From Vermamoeba vermiformis (lineage: Eukaryota), in the NCBI GenBank assembly GCA_045837725.1, contig JBEWZL010000233.1:1-64000 (forward strand): a stretch of DNA of 64,000 bases. Reading direction: 5' to 3'. Below the pieces are notes generated by a model. It was not told the origin of the DNA and made no database searches. It saw nothing but the letters and a program-made list of their open reading frames with translations. Both the position numbers and the translations under genes were made by a program. Shown in pieces: positions 26,210 through 42,061 of the stretch. Position 1 is the first letter of the stretch, and each line of letters begins with the position of its first letter.

Positions 26210-27166
26210 ATGAGCCGATTCAGCGATGAATATCCAACTCTTGTTATTGACCGCCTATACTTAGGCAACGCCATTCACGGATACAACCTAAAAATATTGA
26301 AGCAATTTAATATTCGAAAAATTGTCAATATTACAGTGAATCATTCCGGCGTGGCTCAAATGAGAGCGTACACTGAGGATGGAAAGCCAAAATTCGACAT
26401 TTTATTTTGCCCTATTGAGGATCACCCAAGCAAAAATGTTGCGCAGTTCTTCGCAGAGTCAAACGAATTTATAGGTAAGAAATTTGATAAATATTCATCC
26501 TGCCGAATATATAATATTAAAATCAGAACATGCTGATAACAGAAAAAGTGCGGAACGTCAGATCGTAACTAACTTTTTGACAGAGAAACACTTGAATGCC
26601 GGAGAATCTGTCCTTGTACACTGCGAGCAAGGTTGTGTCCGCAGTCCAACGCTTGTGCTTGCATTTTTGATGTATTACAAGAATTGGACTTTACGTCAGT
26701 CGATCGTGCACTTGCGCAACGTGTAAGTGCCTTCTATTATTCAGTAGTACAATAGTATCGCTGTACATTAATGTAGATGTCGGCTACAATGTACTCGATA
26801 TTAAGTTACACAAATTATAAGCTACCGTTTAGAGATATATCCTAGCAAAGAGCGCGGTTCTAACTGACTTTTATCTACAGGCGGCCAATCATATTGCCGC
26901 ACAATTCCTTCATTCGACAAGCATTAGGTCTAGAACAACAGCTATTTGGCAAGATGAGCTTAAATATTGAGAACTTCGCTGATGATTGGGGGTAAGTTTG
27001 TGCTACTTTGCCTCGGTGAGTCGTCAAGTGCTGACCTTCTCTTGTTAGATGTGACGTGGCATTGGTTCAAAATGAGGACAGGGAAAAGGAGGATTGATTA
27101 AAACACGAAATTAGTCGTTTCCAGAAGCTTCCAGCTCGTGTGGATCCAATCTGTTGTGATCTCTAA
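26210..27166 (+). CDS. Dual-specificity protein phosphatase, 4 exons
   Basis: RLYLGN, IED general-acid loop, VLVHCEQGCVRSPTLVLAFLM (HCx5R) and RPIILPHNSF. Confidence 0.92.
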
Positions 27167-27390
27167 TGACTAACTTTCGTACGGACTTGAAAATTAATCA
27201 TCGGATCCTATTGTTGTAAGTAATGTCCGAATAAACGCTAAGCTATTTCCCGAAGAATCCTTCGCGTATTATTAGATTGCGTAAATTTGGTTTCTCTGAA
27301 GCGAAACATTTTTTTATCAGATCGCAAAACAGTACCACAAGTCTCGTTAGCAGTATATTGTATATTTAGTGTATTATAGAATACTGTAAT

Positions 27391-30300
27391 ATGAGTTCTG
27401 CTGTTAAGCCAACCCAGTGTGACTGTGAGAATTGTCCGTGTAAAGATCGCGAAAGCAACATTTTAGATGGCGACTCGACCGGCAAAAGTACGTTATTAAT
27501 ATTTTAATATTATTGACACTCTATGTAAATGAGTAATGGACCTTTAGCGGCGCTGGATCCTCCGCGTTAAATTTTTCAATATTCTGAAAAATGCTTTTTA
27601 TTTTCCAAACATATTTTATCGTTCTTAATACTGATTATATTATTATAAAATAATAGAGCCATTGTTGGCCGATGAGTCTGGAAAATGCGAGTGCGGATGT
27701 GCAGCTCTTCAAGACGCGGGCAAAGATACGTCAACAGTGTGGCTTAATGTGGATGGCATGACTTGCGGGTAAGACGTTATTCGTTTGGAAATAGCTAGCT
27801 AGTTATTTAGATCGAAATTTGATAAAGATTCTCCACGCGATCCGCAGTAATTTCTTATTATACTGCAGTATATTATCTGATATTACATAATCGTATTGTT
27901 TATAACAAATAACAGCGGAGATACTTGTAATTTCGAAATTACGTTGAAATTATTTTAAAAATTCACTCGAGCGGCGCTTGGAGAAAACTCATATTCAGCA
28001 ACAGCCACAGTAATACTAACCTATTATTATGCATATAGAAGCTGTACTGCGAGTGTCACGAATATATTGAAAGAGTTTCCAGGCGTTATTTCAGCGCATG
28101 TGGATCTAGCCACAAAAACAGCTCAAGTCGAGATCAAGAATGGCGCAGTAGAGCCTGATAGCGTCGCTAAAGAAGTGACTGATATGGGCTTCGATTCAAA
28201 CGTCATAACAAGTGCTGAAGCGAAAAAGAGGTTCGACGAGGCCGCATCCAAACCAAAAACGGATGCCAAGAAACAAAACGCGAAAAAGAAAAACGAAAAG
28301 AAGAATGAGCCCGAAGAAAAACAAAAATTAATTATTACGGCGCCTTCCAACAACAAAGCACCTGCAAAAAAGAAGGAAGCCAATCAAGTTCCTTCCGATC
28401 ACCGGCTTGCGATCCATTACACAAATTTGCCACGTCTCGATAATGATTCGAATTCGATTCAATTGGACGAGGTGATCATACAAAACAATGGTGACAAGGA
28501 TGATGCAGATAATGGTGGAACAAAACGAGTGGATCTGCGAGTTGAAGGCATGACCTGCGGATCTTGTGTCGCATCCATTGAAAGCTACATGAAAACAGTT
28601 GACGGTGTTAAAAGGTACTTAAATAGCATATTTATTGCCTATTATGTCGGCCCTAATTACTCTTTTATTAGCATTAACGTCAACTTGCTCGCGAAAAAAG
28701 CGGTAGTGATGTACGACGACAAAATGTTGACTAAGGATCAAATCGCAAAGGAAATTTCCGACTTGGAGTTCCCATCCAAGATCATCGAGCACGCAGCGCC
28801 AGGAACAGTTACACTTGCCATATTAGGCATGACCAATGAAGACGATGCAGAGGCCGTGCGTGACATTTTGGACGATGTTGAAGGCATTACACGCTTTGAC
28901 TGTGACTTGAAACAAGGCACGATCACGCTGACCTATCACAGCGAAGAGATCAAAGTCCGACAAATTATTGCAAAGATTATTGGTGAATCAAATAGACGCT
29001 ACAGCGCGTCACTGTACAAATCTGACGCGATGATGGACCCTTACGGTAAGTTTCCTTTTATGGTAACAGCGAAATATCGGTTTACATGATGAGAACTATT
29101 TCATCAGAGCGTAACTTTGAGATATAATTGCAGTTCTGAGCAAACCAAACGATTTCCAAATCCGATTTTTATCATCTACTTGCCACTCTAACACCATTAT
29201 TCGTACTAGGTCGCGCACAAGAAGTTGAAAAGTACCGCAAGCTGTTCATTGGCACGTTAGTGTTCGCGATTCCAGCGTTCCTCGTGTCGATGGTCCTCAT
29301 GTACTTGCCTTACATTGGTGACCTCATCGAGAGCCAGATATGTAAGACTTCTTAGCAATACTACGACTGCTCTTGACACTAATGTTATATTATGGTTTAG
29401 TCCAAGGACTCTCCATCAAGACATTTTGGATGTTTTGTCTCGCTACGCCAGTGCAGTTCTGGCTCGGCCGTGGATTTTTCGTGGCAAGTTACAAGGCACT
29501 CAAACACAAGAGCTTTACAATGGACGTGTTGGTCGTGTTGGGCACAATGGCCGCGTACATCTACTCAGTGGTACGTACCATCTATACACTCGAAGCTTCT
29601 TGCAATTAATTAATCAACTTGTTAATTTAGTTGAGTGTGGTGTATGGAATGTTTGTCGAAGATTTTATGGTGGAAGATTTCTTCGAGACCTCAGTGCTGT
29701 TGATTTGCTTCGTGATGCTCGGTCGTTACTTGGAGAACTCCGCCAAGGGCCGCACATCAGCTGCAATCACAAAACTGTTGTCACTGCAAAGCAAGACTGC
29801 CGTTGTCTTGACACCCGTTGAAGGATCTGAGAATGAATTTGCCGAGGAAGAGATTGACGTTGACCTCGTTGAGCGAGGTGACTTGCTCAAAGTTGTGCCC
29901 GGTGCTGTGATCCCAACCGACGGTGAAGTCGTGCGCGGCTCTAGTTCAGTGAACGAATCAATGATCACTGGTGAGAGCATGCCCGTCACAAAGCGTGTTG
30001 GCAGCAAAGTGATTGGCGGCACAATCAACGAGCGCGGCTCAATTCACATCAAAGCGACGAAGGTTGGCAACGACACTACATTGAATCAAATCGTGAAGCT
30101 CGTTGAAGAAGCACAATCCTCCAAAGCACCTATTCAAGCACTCGCTGACAAGATCTCTGGCGTCTTTGTACCCACTGTCATTGCCCTGTCATTGTTGACA
30201 TTTGTCGTGTGGATGATTGTCGTCAACACGGGCCTCATGTCACCACAGTACATGCCCTCCAACTCTCGCTTCGTGTTCTCACTGCTCTTCGCCATTGCCG

Positions 30301-31653
30301 TGCTCGTAATTGCATGCCCTTGCGCCCTAGGCTTGGCCACTCCAACTGCTGTGATGGTTGGCACTGGTCTTGCAGCACAACACGCCATCTTGATCAAGAC
30401 AGCTGATGTGCTAGAACGTGCTCCGAAGATCAATGCGATAATCTTTGATAAGACTGGCACGCTGACTCACGGCAAGCCTGTTTTGACCGATCATTTTGTT
30501 GTCGATGGTAAGTGGTTTTTCTTCTATTGTCTTGGTTCTAATGTGCCATAGAATCAATTGTTCCTGAGCTCTTCTTTGAGCTATTGGGAAGTGCAGAATC
30601 AGCAAGTGAGCACCCCTTGGCACGTGCTGTCGTCGACTACTGCAAGCAGAACAACATTAAAGTCACGCAGCCAGAGCACTTCCAAGCATTGTCTGGTCTC
30701 GGCATCGTATGTACTGTTAAGGCTAGCGACGGCACAACGTACGAGATGGCTGTTGGAAATCGTAACTTGATGACTCAGCACGGTGTCCAAACTACTGAGT
30801 TAGTCGAAGAGAAACTCTCTGGCCTCGAGCAACAAGGCAAAACGTAAGTGCTGTGTTAAAATAATTTGTTGGAACTACTGACTGACGTGCGTTTTCAGTG
30901 CCATGATGGTTTGTGCCAACAAGCAAATTATTGGTTTGATTGCTGTTGCCGACACTCCCCGTGACGAGGTACGTAACTCTTTCTATCGTTACTATCAACA
31001 ACCTTCTCACGCTTCCTGTAGGCTCGCGAAGTTGTCTCTGCCCTGAAAGAGATCGGCATTCAAGTGTGGATGGTGTCAGGTGACAACAAAAAGACTGCCG
31101 TAGCCATCGCCAAACAAATTGGCATTCGCAAAGTCTTCGCTGAAGTGTTGCCAGAGCACAAGAAAGACAAAGTCAGCGAGCTTCAAATGCGCGGCAAAGT
31201 CGTGGCGATGGTCGGTGACGGTATCAATGACAGTCCTGCCTTGGCTCAAGCTGATGTCGGCATTGCTATTGGTGCTGGCACTGATGTGGCTATTGAAGCT
31301 GCGCACATGGTCCTCATGCGCTCCAACTTGACGTAAGTATCAAAGCGGGCCTTCAAGACATGCAATATCTAATGTTCTCCGACAGCGACGTTATTATCGG
31401 CATTGACATTGCACGAAGAACGTACAAGAGAATTCGTTGGAACTTCTTGTGGGCATTCGGCTACAACGTGCTCATGATTCCCATTGCTGCGGGAGTGTTG
31501 TACCCCTTCACGGGCATTATGTTGCCGCCGTGGGTTGCAGGCTTAGCCATGGCACTCAGCTCCGTGTCTGTTGTCATGTCGAGCTTGTTGTTGCGTGTCT
31601 ACGAACCGCCTAAGATCGAAGAGGCTAGTACCCAGTTGGTTATCGAAGAGTAG
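27391..31653 (+). CDS. Copper-transporting P1B-type ATPase (ATP7/CopA/RAN1 family)
   Basis: HMA motifs GMTCG|SC and [42 protein letters not shown], and the YN and MALSS Cu(I)-site motifs. Confidence 0.97.
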
Positions 31654-31847
31654 ATTAGAAACATTTGTACATAGTAAAATCAAATATTGATCAATAACTG
31701 CCTCTCGGCTCAATACTGGTGACCATTACATCTTCTATAAAATACGGTAATGTTTGTTGTCTTGTCAGAATTTCCCGTCGTTCAGCGGAAAAAGCTGGTT
31801 CGGTCAAACCGGGTCTTTCGTTGACAATTTTATAATATACTACAACA

Positions 31848-34111
<2,264 letters not shown>

Positions 34112-34494
34112 GTGTCTGCAAGACTCATCGCGCGTATGTAATTAATTAATTTGGTATTTATAAACTTGAAATACCTCGAGCTGTATTCAAAATTTGAACG
34201 AATTTTAGTCTGTTATTACGCGGTTTCGATCTTTAACATTTGATGGAATCGTGACTAAGATAATAATAGATAATATAATTTATAGTTTTGGTTTATACCT
34301 GCGAATCCAAAGGCTCAAATCAAATTTACCATCATTTTTTTAAGTCGATTGTTTATTTTGAGCTAAACAATTTCTATATACATCACTTCGCTTCGGAGAG
34401 CAAAGTTTGATATTAATGATATTTAAAAAAGAGTTAAATAAGTTGAGAGTATTAAAAAGGTTCGATCTCGGTTTTGGGATCCAGACCTAATTGT

Positions 34495-35290
34495 TTAGTG
34501 GTGAGCTCGGTTCTCTCTGTCTCGTCGAGTTTTGCGGCCAGCCAAGAAAGAAACGATGGTGGAGAAGATGAGCAAGAATGAGGCGACGAGGGGCAAGACA
34601 AAGCTGTAGCCAGCAGAGTCGATACCGCTAGCAGGGTAGGGGAAGATAGCGACCCACCAGAGCCAGCCCAACAGAATGAAGATGAGAGCGAGGAGGTTCA
34701 TGCCAGCACCCAACAAACGGCGCACCAAAGGAGGACCGCTGCGGTAAGTGGACTTGGAGGCAGCACCGACGATGTGGGAGATAACACTGCAGAGAATAGG
34801 AACGTAAGTACATATTATTCGGTGCAACGAAATTCGACCGAAATATTAATGAATTGATTTTGTAAGGAATTTGTTGTGCTTGGGTCGTAGATGTGGCAAA
34901 AACGATTACTTACGCCCAAGTCAAGAAGAACTCTCCGATAGTCAAGAAGACGAAGGCCATGACACCAGCTGAGTGGAGACGACGGAATATGCCGTAGTCG
35001 TTGCTCCAGAAGAGCAAGTTGGTCTGAGTACGAGATGCACGACCGTAGTCGGCGCAGGTGAGGAAAGGAGTGTTATTGACCCCGGAACATCTGCTTAGTA
35101 AGCCATACCAGCTATAAGAATAATGTTTAAGTTAGAAATCGAGTCATTGCAAGTTATGAATTGATTTTATGTTTAATACTTACTGATCGCCGACTCTGTA
35201 CCAGCTGAAGCTAGCGAGACCGACCAAGACGAAGGCCCAGGCAATAAGACTGATGATTAAGGCAATGACGTTGTTCTTTGCGAAACCCAT
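34495..35290 (-). CDS. Claudin/PMP22-superfamily-like four-TM protein, paralog A (3 exons)
   Basis: TM1, then W..WYGLLSRC..C loop motif, three more TM helices and WVAIFPYP..GYSFVLPLVA. Confidence 0.65.
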
Positions 35291-36094
35291 CGTGAAGTTG
35301 TTGTTATTGATGTTGATCCAGGTACGTGATCTTTTTTTTTGTTTTTTAAAGTTTTAAAGTAAGAGTTGTATTTGTTTCTTGCTTTTGTTTTGAATTGAAA
35401 GATAACTCGTTCCAAAACATGTTTTATAGATTTTCGTGCCAAAACAAACGCGCGAGCTGATCCGCGTGTTCGATGAAAATTCGCTAGTAATTTAGAGAAA
35501 TGTTACTATTTACGCGCTTCGATCACATTTGCTGTTTGAAATTTCTGGTATTTGTCTTAAGGGTCGTATCTATTGCCGATTCAAAGCGCACAACGCTCGG
35601 TCTTTTGCCTCTTGCTCGAACTTGATAATATACGACAACGTACACCATGGACAAGTATGAATTGCTTCAAATAGCGAAGCGACGGATACTACTTTGCTCC
35701 ATAAATCATATTAATCCCATGGGGATGGATTGACGTGGTCAGAATGGCCGGATTCGAAGATCTTTTTCAGTGTACTGTCAAGGGTCACATCTGAAAACTT
35801 TGATAAATTCGGAGGATATTTGAGGAGCACCAAAAATTGCATTGCAACGATGGGTTGCCGCGAGGGAAATCACGTGCCACGAGGACAAATATTCCCTAAA
35901 TCTTAAACGAGTTTTCATCGAATTGTGATTTCATATCGCGCGTTGCCTTGGTGATAAATAAAGCTTGTTCGTACGATTTTATTCAATTCAAATTAAAAAC
36001 AAAGCTCGTAACAACATCTAAGGCAATAATTTCCCTCATTGCTTGATATAAAACAAAAACCAACAAAAAACGAACCCGATCTACATCCAACACA

Positions 36095-36943
36095 ATGGCT
36101 AATCACAAAGGCTTGCACATTGCCGCCGCATTCTTTGACTTCGTGTCGCTCTTCTTCGTCCTCATGGGCCTCATCGCCTTCCAATGGTTCGGTGTCGGCA
36201 ATAGGTAAGAACTTAAAAGTACTCGAGCCAAATCCGAATTTGAAACTAATACATACTTTACTTACAGCTGGTACGGCTTGATCAAGAACTGCTCTGCAAG
36301 AAATCTCGCCGAGTCCGCTTACTCTCTTTGTTACAATTACCAAGACGTCGATAAAAACAACTTCCCCTTCGAAGGCGAAACCCTTTACCGAAGCGGTGCC
36401 TTCCAACACTTGTACGCTGCTGGTATCCTCGCATTCATTTTCTTGAGTTTGGCTGGTCTGTTCTTGTTGTTGGCGTAAGTATTTGGCAAACTCGACTCGA
36501 GATGCAGATTCGCTTTTATGGAAATTAGTCGAAATTTACCTTGTACTAATTACTTTGCTAAATATAGTCTTGCCTTCCACATGCTTTCCCTTGTCGCTCC
36601 TACTTATGTTGACAACCGCAATGCTCCCGCTGACGTTCGCGCTGATGGCCGACGCAGATCTAGCTACGGTCGCCGCTCTATGTTGTCCACTGTTTGGGAC
36701 ACCTTGGCCCTCGTCTGCCTCTTCCTTGCCATCCTCTTCTGGGTCGCTATCTTCCCCTACCCTAATGGTGGTGTCGACACCGTTGGCTTTGGCTTCATCT
36801 TGCCCTTGGTTGCCATCGTTTTGACTTTGATTGCCTTGATCTTGTCTCGACGTGCTCAATCCATCACTAAGGCCAAGCACCGCAAGGCCCGTGACGCCCA
36901 CGCTGCCCCCGCTGGCGCCACCGTCGTTGTTGACGCCGCTTAA
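36095..36943 (+). CDS. Claudin/PMP22-superfamily-like four-TM protein, paralog B (3 exons)
   Basis: TM1, then W..WYGLIKNC..C, and WVAIFPYP..GFGFILPLVA. Intron positions match paralog A. Confidence 0.65.
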
Positions 36944-37127
36944 ACAATGAGCACATTCATTATTTATTAATCAATCTTTAATAGCAATCTTTTAAATAAT
37001 TCGCTTTGACGATAAATCCACCGAGACTTATTGTCAATATCAACACGAATGTTCTCTTGTAAATAAAGTGAATTCTTTCTTAAAAACTACTAATTGCTTT
37101 ATACGTCGAAACGTTTGATTTTTACAA

Positions 37128-39444
37128 CTACATCGTGACGAACTTGAACGTGAACAAGATGATTGCCATAGCGGTACCTGCACCCATCAACGCATCACCG
37201 AGGGCAATGTAAGTAAATGCGTCACTAGAATATAAGCTAATTAGTACTAGGTACAGCAACTGATAGGACTAAGTACGTACACGAACGTCGTGCAAATAGT
37301 AGTCTTGCCGCTCTGGAAGGCATCGAAGACGAATCTGCAGTTCAAAGCTGCTTCGATCTCGTCTAAGAGGTCAAAGTACTCTTGAATGGTGCTCAAGGTC
37401 GACACGGCAAGGTTAGTTTGATTGCGCAAGTAACCGTTCTGACAACTCGCAGCGCACTCGGCAATGGTCACGTTGTTGCTCGCGTTAGGAACTGCAGTAG
37501 CAGGAGTGTCACATTCCGAGGGAAGATCGACAGTTTTAGGCACACCGCCAACAGTGCACGTGAATGTGCGGTCAGTGATGTAAGTCTGCAAACTCGTGTA
37601 AGAGACATGAATCAAAGAATAGATTGACACTTACATTGTTCGGGAGGGTGAAGATCGTCGTGGCATTGCAGCTAGCGTAGTCACCGGAGCACTGAATCTG
37701 TTGCTGACTGCAACTGTCCGTGATGGCGCTGCACGTCTGATTCACGACGTATTGTTTGCCTTGCTCGACCTGAAAGGTATAATTAGTCTCTCGAACAATT
37801 TGTAGATCCGATTGTAAGACTTACGTAAGCGAACAATTCGTTAGTGCTCGTGTCATTGTCGCGGCACTTGATCAAATAGCCGAGAGGACTGTTGCCCAAC
37901 GAAGTGGCAGTACCATTAGCATCATTAGCTTCCCATCGATCAATTTCATCGCACATGTCGTGCATGATTTCGACGACAACCAAGTGCACGGCCAAACTGA
38001 CCCAGATGACGAATAAGGACAAGAACGCGAGGACAGACATGCTAGAGGCACGTTAGAGACGTGACAACATAAAAGGTAAACGTACGTCATCAAGAACTTG
38101 CGACCCTTTCTGCAGAAGCAGGCAATGAAGCCCAGGCCAACAATGACCACAGCAACAATGCTGGCGACGAGAATGACCGCGAGACGAGCTTGATCGATCT
38201 TTTCAATGAATGCAATCGTGTCGGAACTGTCGCTCTTGTAGCGGTTGGCGGTGTCTTGAACAGCCTGAATGATTTGGCTGACCTCCTAAATGAAATGAAT
38301 AAGCATGTCTGTATAATATTGGCCGCGATAAAACTTACCGAGGGAATGCCAGTCAAGTTTTGAACTCGCTCAGCAATGAGGTCGACGCGTTCAATGAAAG
38401 TCTAAATTTAGTGGATTCAGTATTTGAACAATAAATTAGAGGACAACATTGTCGTACATCAAGGGCAGTAACCACGATGTTGGTTAATTCGGTAACACCG
38501 ACGCTGGTTTCTTGGTTACCGGTGATGGTAATGGCAAATCCAACACTGAAAGTTGAAAAAGAAATTATTAATTTAGCATAATTCTATAATATTGCGCAAA
38601 ATTATCATGGTAATATGGGTTGATTTTAAAACTTACGCGACGATAGCAACGGCGAGGGCCGTGAAAAGAATGATAATAAGGTTCTTGCACTTATTGATGG
38701 GCCTAACAATTAATATTATTAGTATTAATTCCATAAAGTGATTTGTGCGTATTTACTTGGCTTCTTTTCGAGCACATCCGCAGCAACAGCACTTGCAGCA
38801 CGAGCAACACAAACAAAAAGTGTACAAAACGCAACCGACCAAAGAAAGACCCGCAAGAACGATGCCAGGCAAAGCAATCTTAGCTAGGGCCTATTATAAG
38901 AATTAGATTTTTAAGCGTCCGTATGAAAATTAAATCAATTTGACACTTTGTTAACCGTTAAAGATTAGAAATTCCAATATAATCTAATAGAGTTATTATT
39001 GAAGCGCATGTAAAGTCATGATTATCGTCTTACCGTGCCGTACTCTTGCGCATTGCAGCTAGGATAGCCGGTATTAGGGTCTGGATCGGATGTGACACGT
39101 TAATCGAAAATCGTTTTGGTAAAAGAGTTTAGCATTATTTAATATCCACAAATATTTTTAGTAAATAGGATTGGTGCATTACGTGATTACATACCGATTT
39201 GAACTTCTTGATCGGCAGGAATGGCGCAGAATCTAACGTTGTCAATGTAGAGCAAGTCTCTGCTATGCTCGCCATCTTCAACGCCAGAAATAAGAGCTCT
39301 ATTCTCTGTAACTACGATTTGGCCGATCTTCTTGTATTTGGCGGCCCAACTCTCCGCTTGGTCAGCAGTAGCTAAGCAGAACGGTAAGAGACATGCGAGC
39401 ACGATTACTGCCGCGTAAATCACGTTAGATGCAACACGAGCCAT
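37128..39444 (-). CDS. Tweety/prominin-like multi-pass membrane protein, many exons
   Basis: Signal peptide; TM followed by Cys cluster CLCCSCCKCCCGC; ITGNQETSVGV; a later TM pair, HDMCDEI..YLIKC and ALNCRFV..ICT before a final TM. Confidence 0.6.
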
Positions 39445-39984
39445 CTGTGTGTGATCAGTTGAATTAATTGAATGAATTACGAGGTTACACCAAGAACCAG
39501 ACCCGAACGTTTTGATGTTTTTGACGTGCGTAATCTTCAATTGTTAGGCGCTGAGGAACATAACACGCTAGCTATGCACATGCGTAGATAGTTCAAAACA
39601 TACATTAATCAATGACCGACTTGGATTCACCTGGATTGAAACTTATTCGTACCTAACCAATCCTTCCATTTGTGCTCAAAGTTCCTACTTTAAGTTCCTA
39701 AACGGCGCGAAGCTATTAATCGGAGTTTGCTTAAAAACATCAACGAAGAAAGCTGATCTTGTTTTAAAACTGCATCAGGATCTCTCTTTCGAAATTTCTC
39801 GTAATGAAATTAAGAAACAACATTTTTATAAGCGAACATTTAAAACATTTATTGAGCACCACAAATCTAATCAATTTACTACGACTATGTAAGTTTGAAA
39901 TGCGCACTTTGCCGATCGATATCTTTGTCTTTACTAATTAACACGAATACGGTTGTTTGGGCAACGCTAATATTTAATACTAGT

Positions 39985-40599
39985 ATGGCTCTGCAAGAAG
40001 GTATCAATTTGCTCAACAAAGCAAAAAATCTTTCGGGTCAATCCGCTTTGGCTGTCCTAGAACAGGTAAATAAATTCCAAAAATGCGTAAATATTCGGTA
40101 ATTTTATACAGTCGAATAATTTCACAAACTAGGCCGATGATAAATTCACTGACGCAATTTCGATGGATCCCGCTGAAGCGAGGATCTTTTTGAACTGGGG
40201 CCACGTGCATCGTCAACGAGCAATTGTTTATAACTCGATGGGAAACTCGTCAGATGCGGAGGAACAATTACGTCTCGCCAAAGATATGTATGACCCAGTT
40301 CAAAATTTCGTTCGTGCTCTAATTTTAACGAACCAGGTACGAGACTGCATTAAAAGCCAACAGCATGATTACAGAGGCCAAGACGTCGCTTGCTGAACTT
40401 GACACACTGCTTGCTCAGTCTCACACACCTGTTGCTTCGGGTGGTGCCACGACCTTGTCTCAAGGCGGTACGCGCAACACGGCTGGACCAAGCAACGCTT
40501 CGTACAAACCCGTGCAGGTGATTAACAACATGAAAGTTATTAGTTCGTAGCTAATGTCCGTATTAGATGCACTTCAATCAACCCACTGGAAAGAAATAA
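39985..40599 (+). CDS. Small TPR-like protein, 4 exons
   Basis: ADDKFTDAISMDPAEARIFLNWGHV and YETALKANSMITEAKTSL are TPR-like helices. GT-AG introns. Confidence 0.65.
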
Positions 40600-40621
40600 A
40601 TCGAGAAAGCTAGCGCTGGAT

Positions 40622-41929
40622 CTATTTATTCAACTTGGTCGGCAATGTTAGCAATGTATTCGGTAGTGCAGCGATAAGTTGCTTCGCGCTTTCCGCGTCA
40701 AACTTTGACCCTCCGATGTGCAGGCGCTTCAACCACGTCATTGTTGTTAGCCACGTTAAGTCTTCGTTATTGGTGTCAAAAATCGACAACTGCACGAGGT
40801 TCGTAAGTGTGGCTATGAGGGGCCTACAACTTGATACTCCTGTTGCGAGTACGCGAAGGTTTGTCAGCCCCCCGAGTAGTGATAATGAGCGAGTTCGGCC
40901 TTCCAAGTGCAGCTCCCGGAGCTTGGTCATTCGTGCAATGTCTTCGTCTGCTTCGGGTTCCAATCCGTTGTTCGATACTAAATACAAACAAGTCAGGTGC
41001 GGCAGCTCGCTGATGACTTTGGCTTCTTTGCTGCTCAATGTGTGGTGATAACTCAGGTCAAGACACCACAATCGCGGTAATTCTTTCAGCGACTCTAAAC
41101 TTCGTGCACGAATCTCCAAGCAGCGCGAAATATCGAGTTTGGTCAAGTTTGTCATATTCACGATCTTTGAGAACGAATTGTGCGTTATTTTTTGACACCA
41201 AGTAAGATCCAAAAACTCTAATTTTGTCAGCGTTAGAACTCCCTCGAGCAAATCGTCGTCGACACTATCGCTGAATGGAAACTTGAGGATCTTCAAGTGT
41301 GTTAGCTCTTGGATCGGCAATTCTGAAAAGGAAAGTTCTATTAATGACCTATCTTTCATTTCAAATTTCATCTTACCGATAGGCATTTCCACGGTTATTC
41401 CCAGCTCCGTCAAGTTTTTGAGACGGGTCAATCGTTGGAATATGTCGAATGGAACGCGTTCTCTGCAATTGTCGATGAGGTCCAATCGCTTTAGTTGCGT
41501 TAATTGATAGATGGCGTCGTATAATTCTCCATTTTCAGTCGCGGATGCTGAGGTTTGTAGTCCTGTCAATTTCGTAAAGTCACTCAGACAAGCTATGTAG
41601 TCCTCTTTTTTTTCTATTTTGTCATCCACTAAATCCAGCCCCAAACTGCTGATTGATTTCGGGTTGCATTTTTTGATAACCGACAAAGGCTGCTTAAGCA
41701 TATCTGGAATATCAATGTGCGTAATCTTGGACCACGCTAGCGTATTCCACTGCGCAGATGTGCTTGCGAGACTTAAGGAAAATTTAGCGTCTTTCGCGCG
41801 AAAAAATGCAAGGAAATTGCACAAAATTACTAGAAAATAAATGGCTTACTTGCATACGTCTTTGGATTGAAGAAACGAAATTATCTCGCCCAATAATTCT
41901 TGAGGTAAGGTAAGCAATAGCTCCTCCAT
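40622..41929 (-). CDS. F-box/LRR protein
   Basis: First exon MEELLLTLPQELLGEIISFL is an F-box. The large exon has AMN1-type LRRs (LTKLEFLDLTWCQKIT, LTKLDISRCLEI). Confidence 0.85.
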
Positions 41930-42061
41930 TACAAGCTGCGTCTAGACGTGTAATTAAGAATTATAGGGCTTAATATAGCCGTGTTGTCACGATGTTGCAA
42001 CAACGCGTTAATTGAAAGAAAATTTTTATTGTATTTTTTTGTTTGAACCACACCCAATCAA

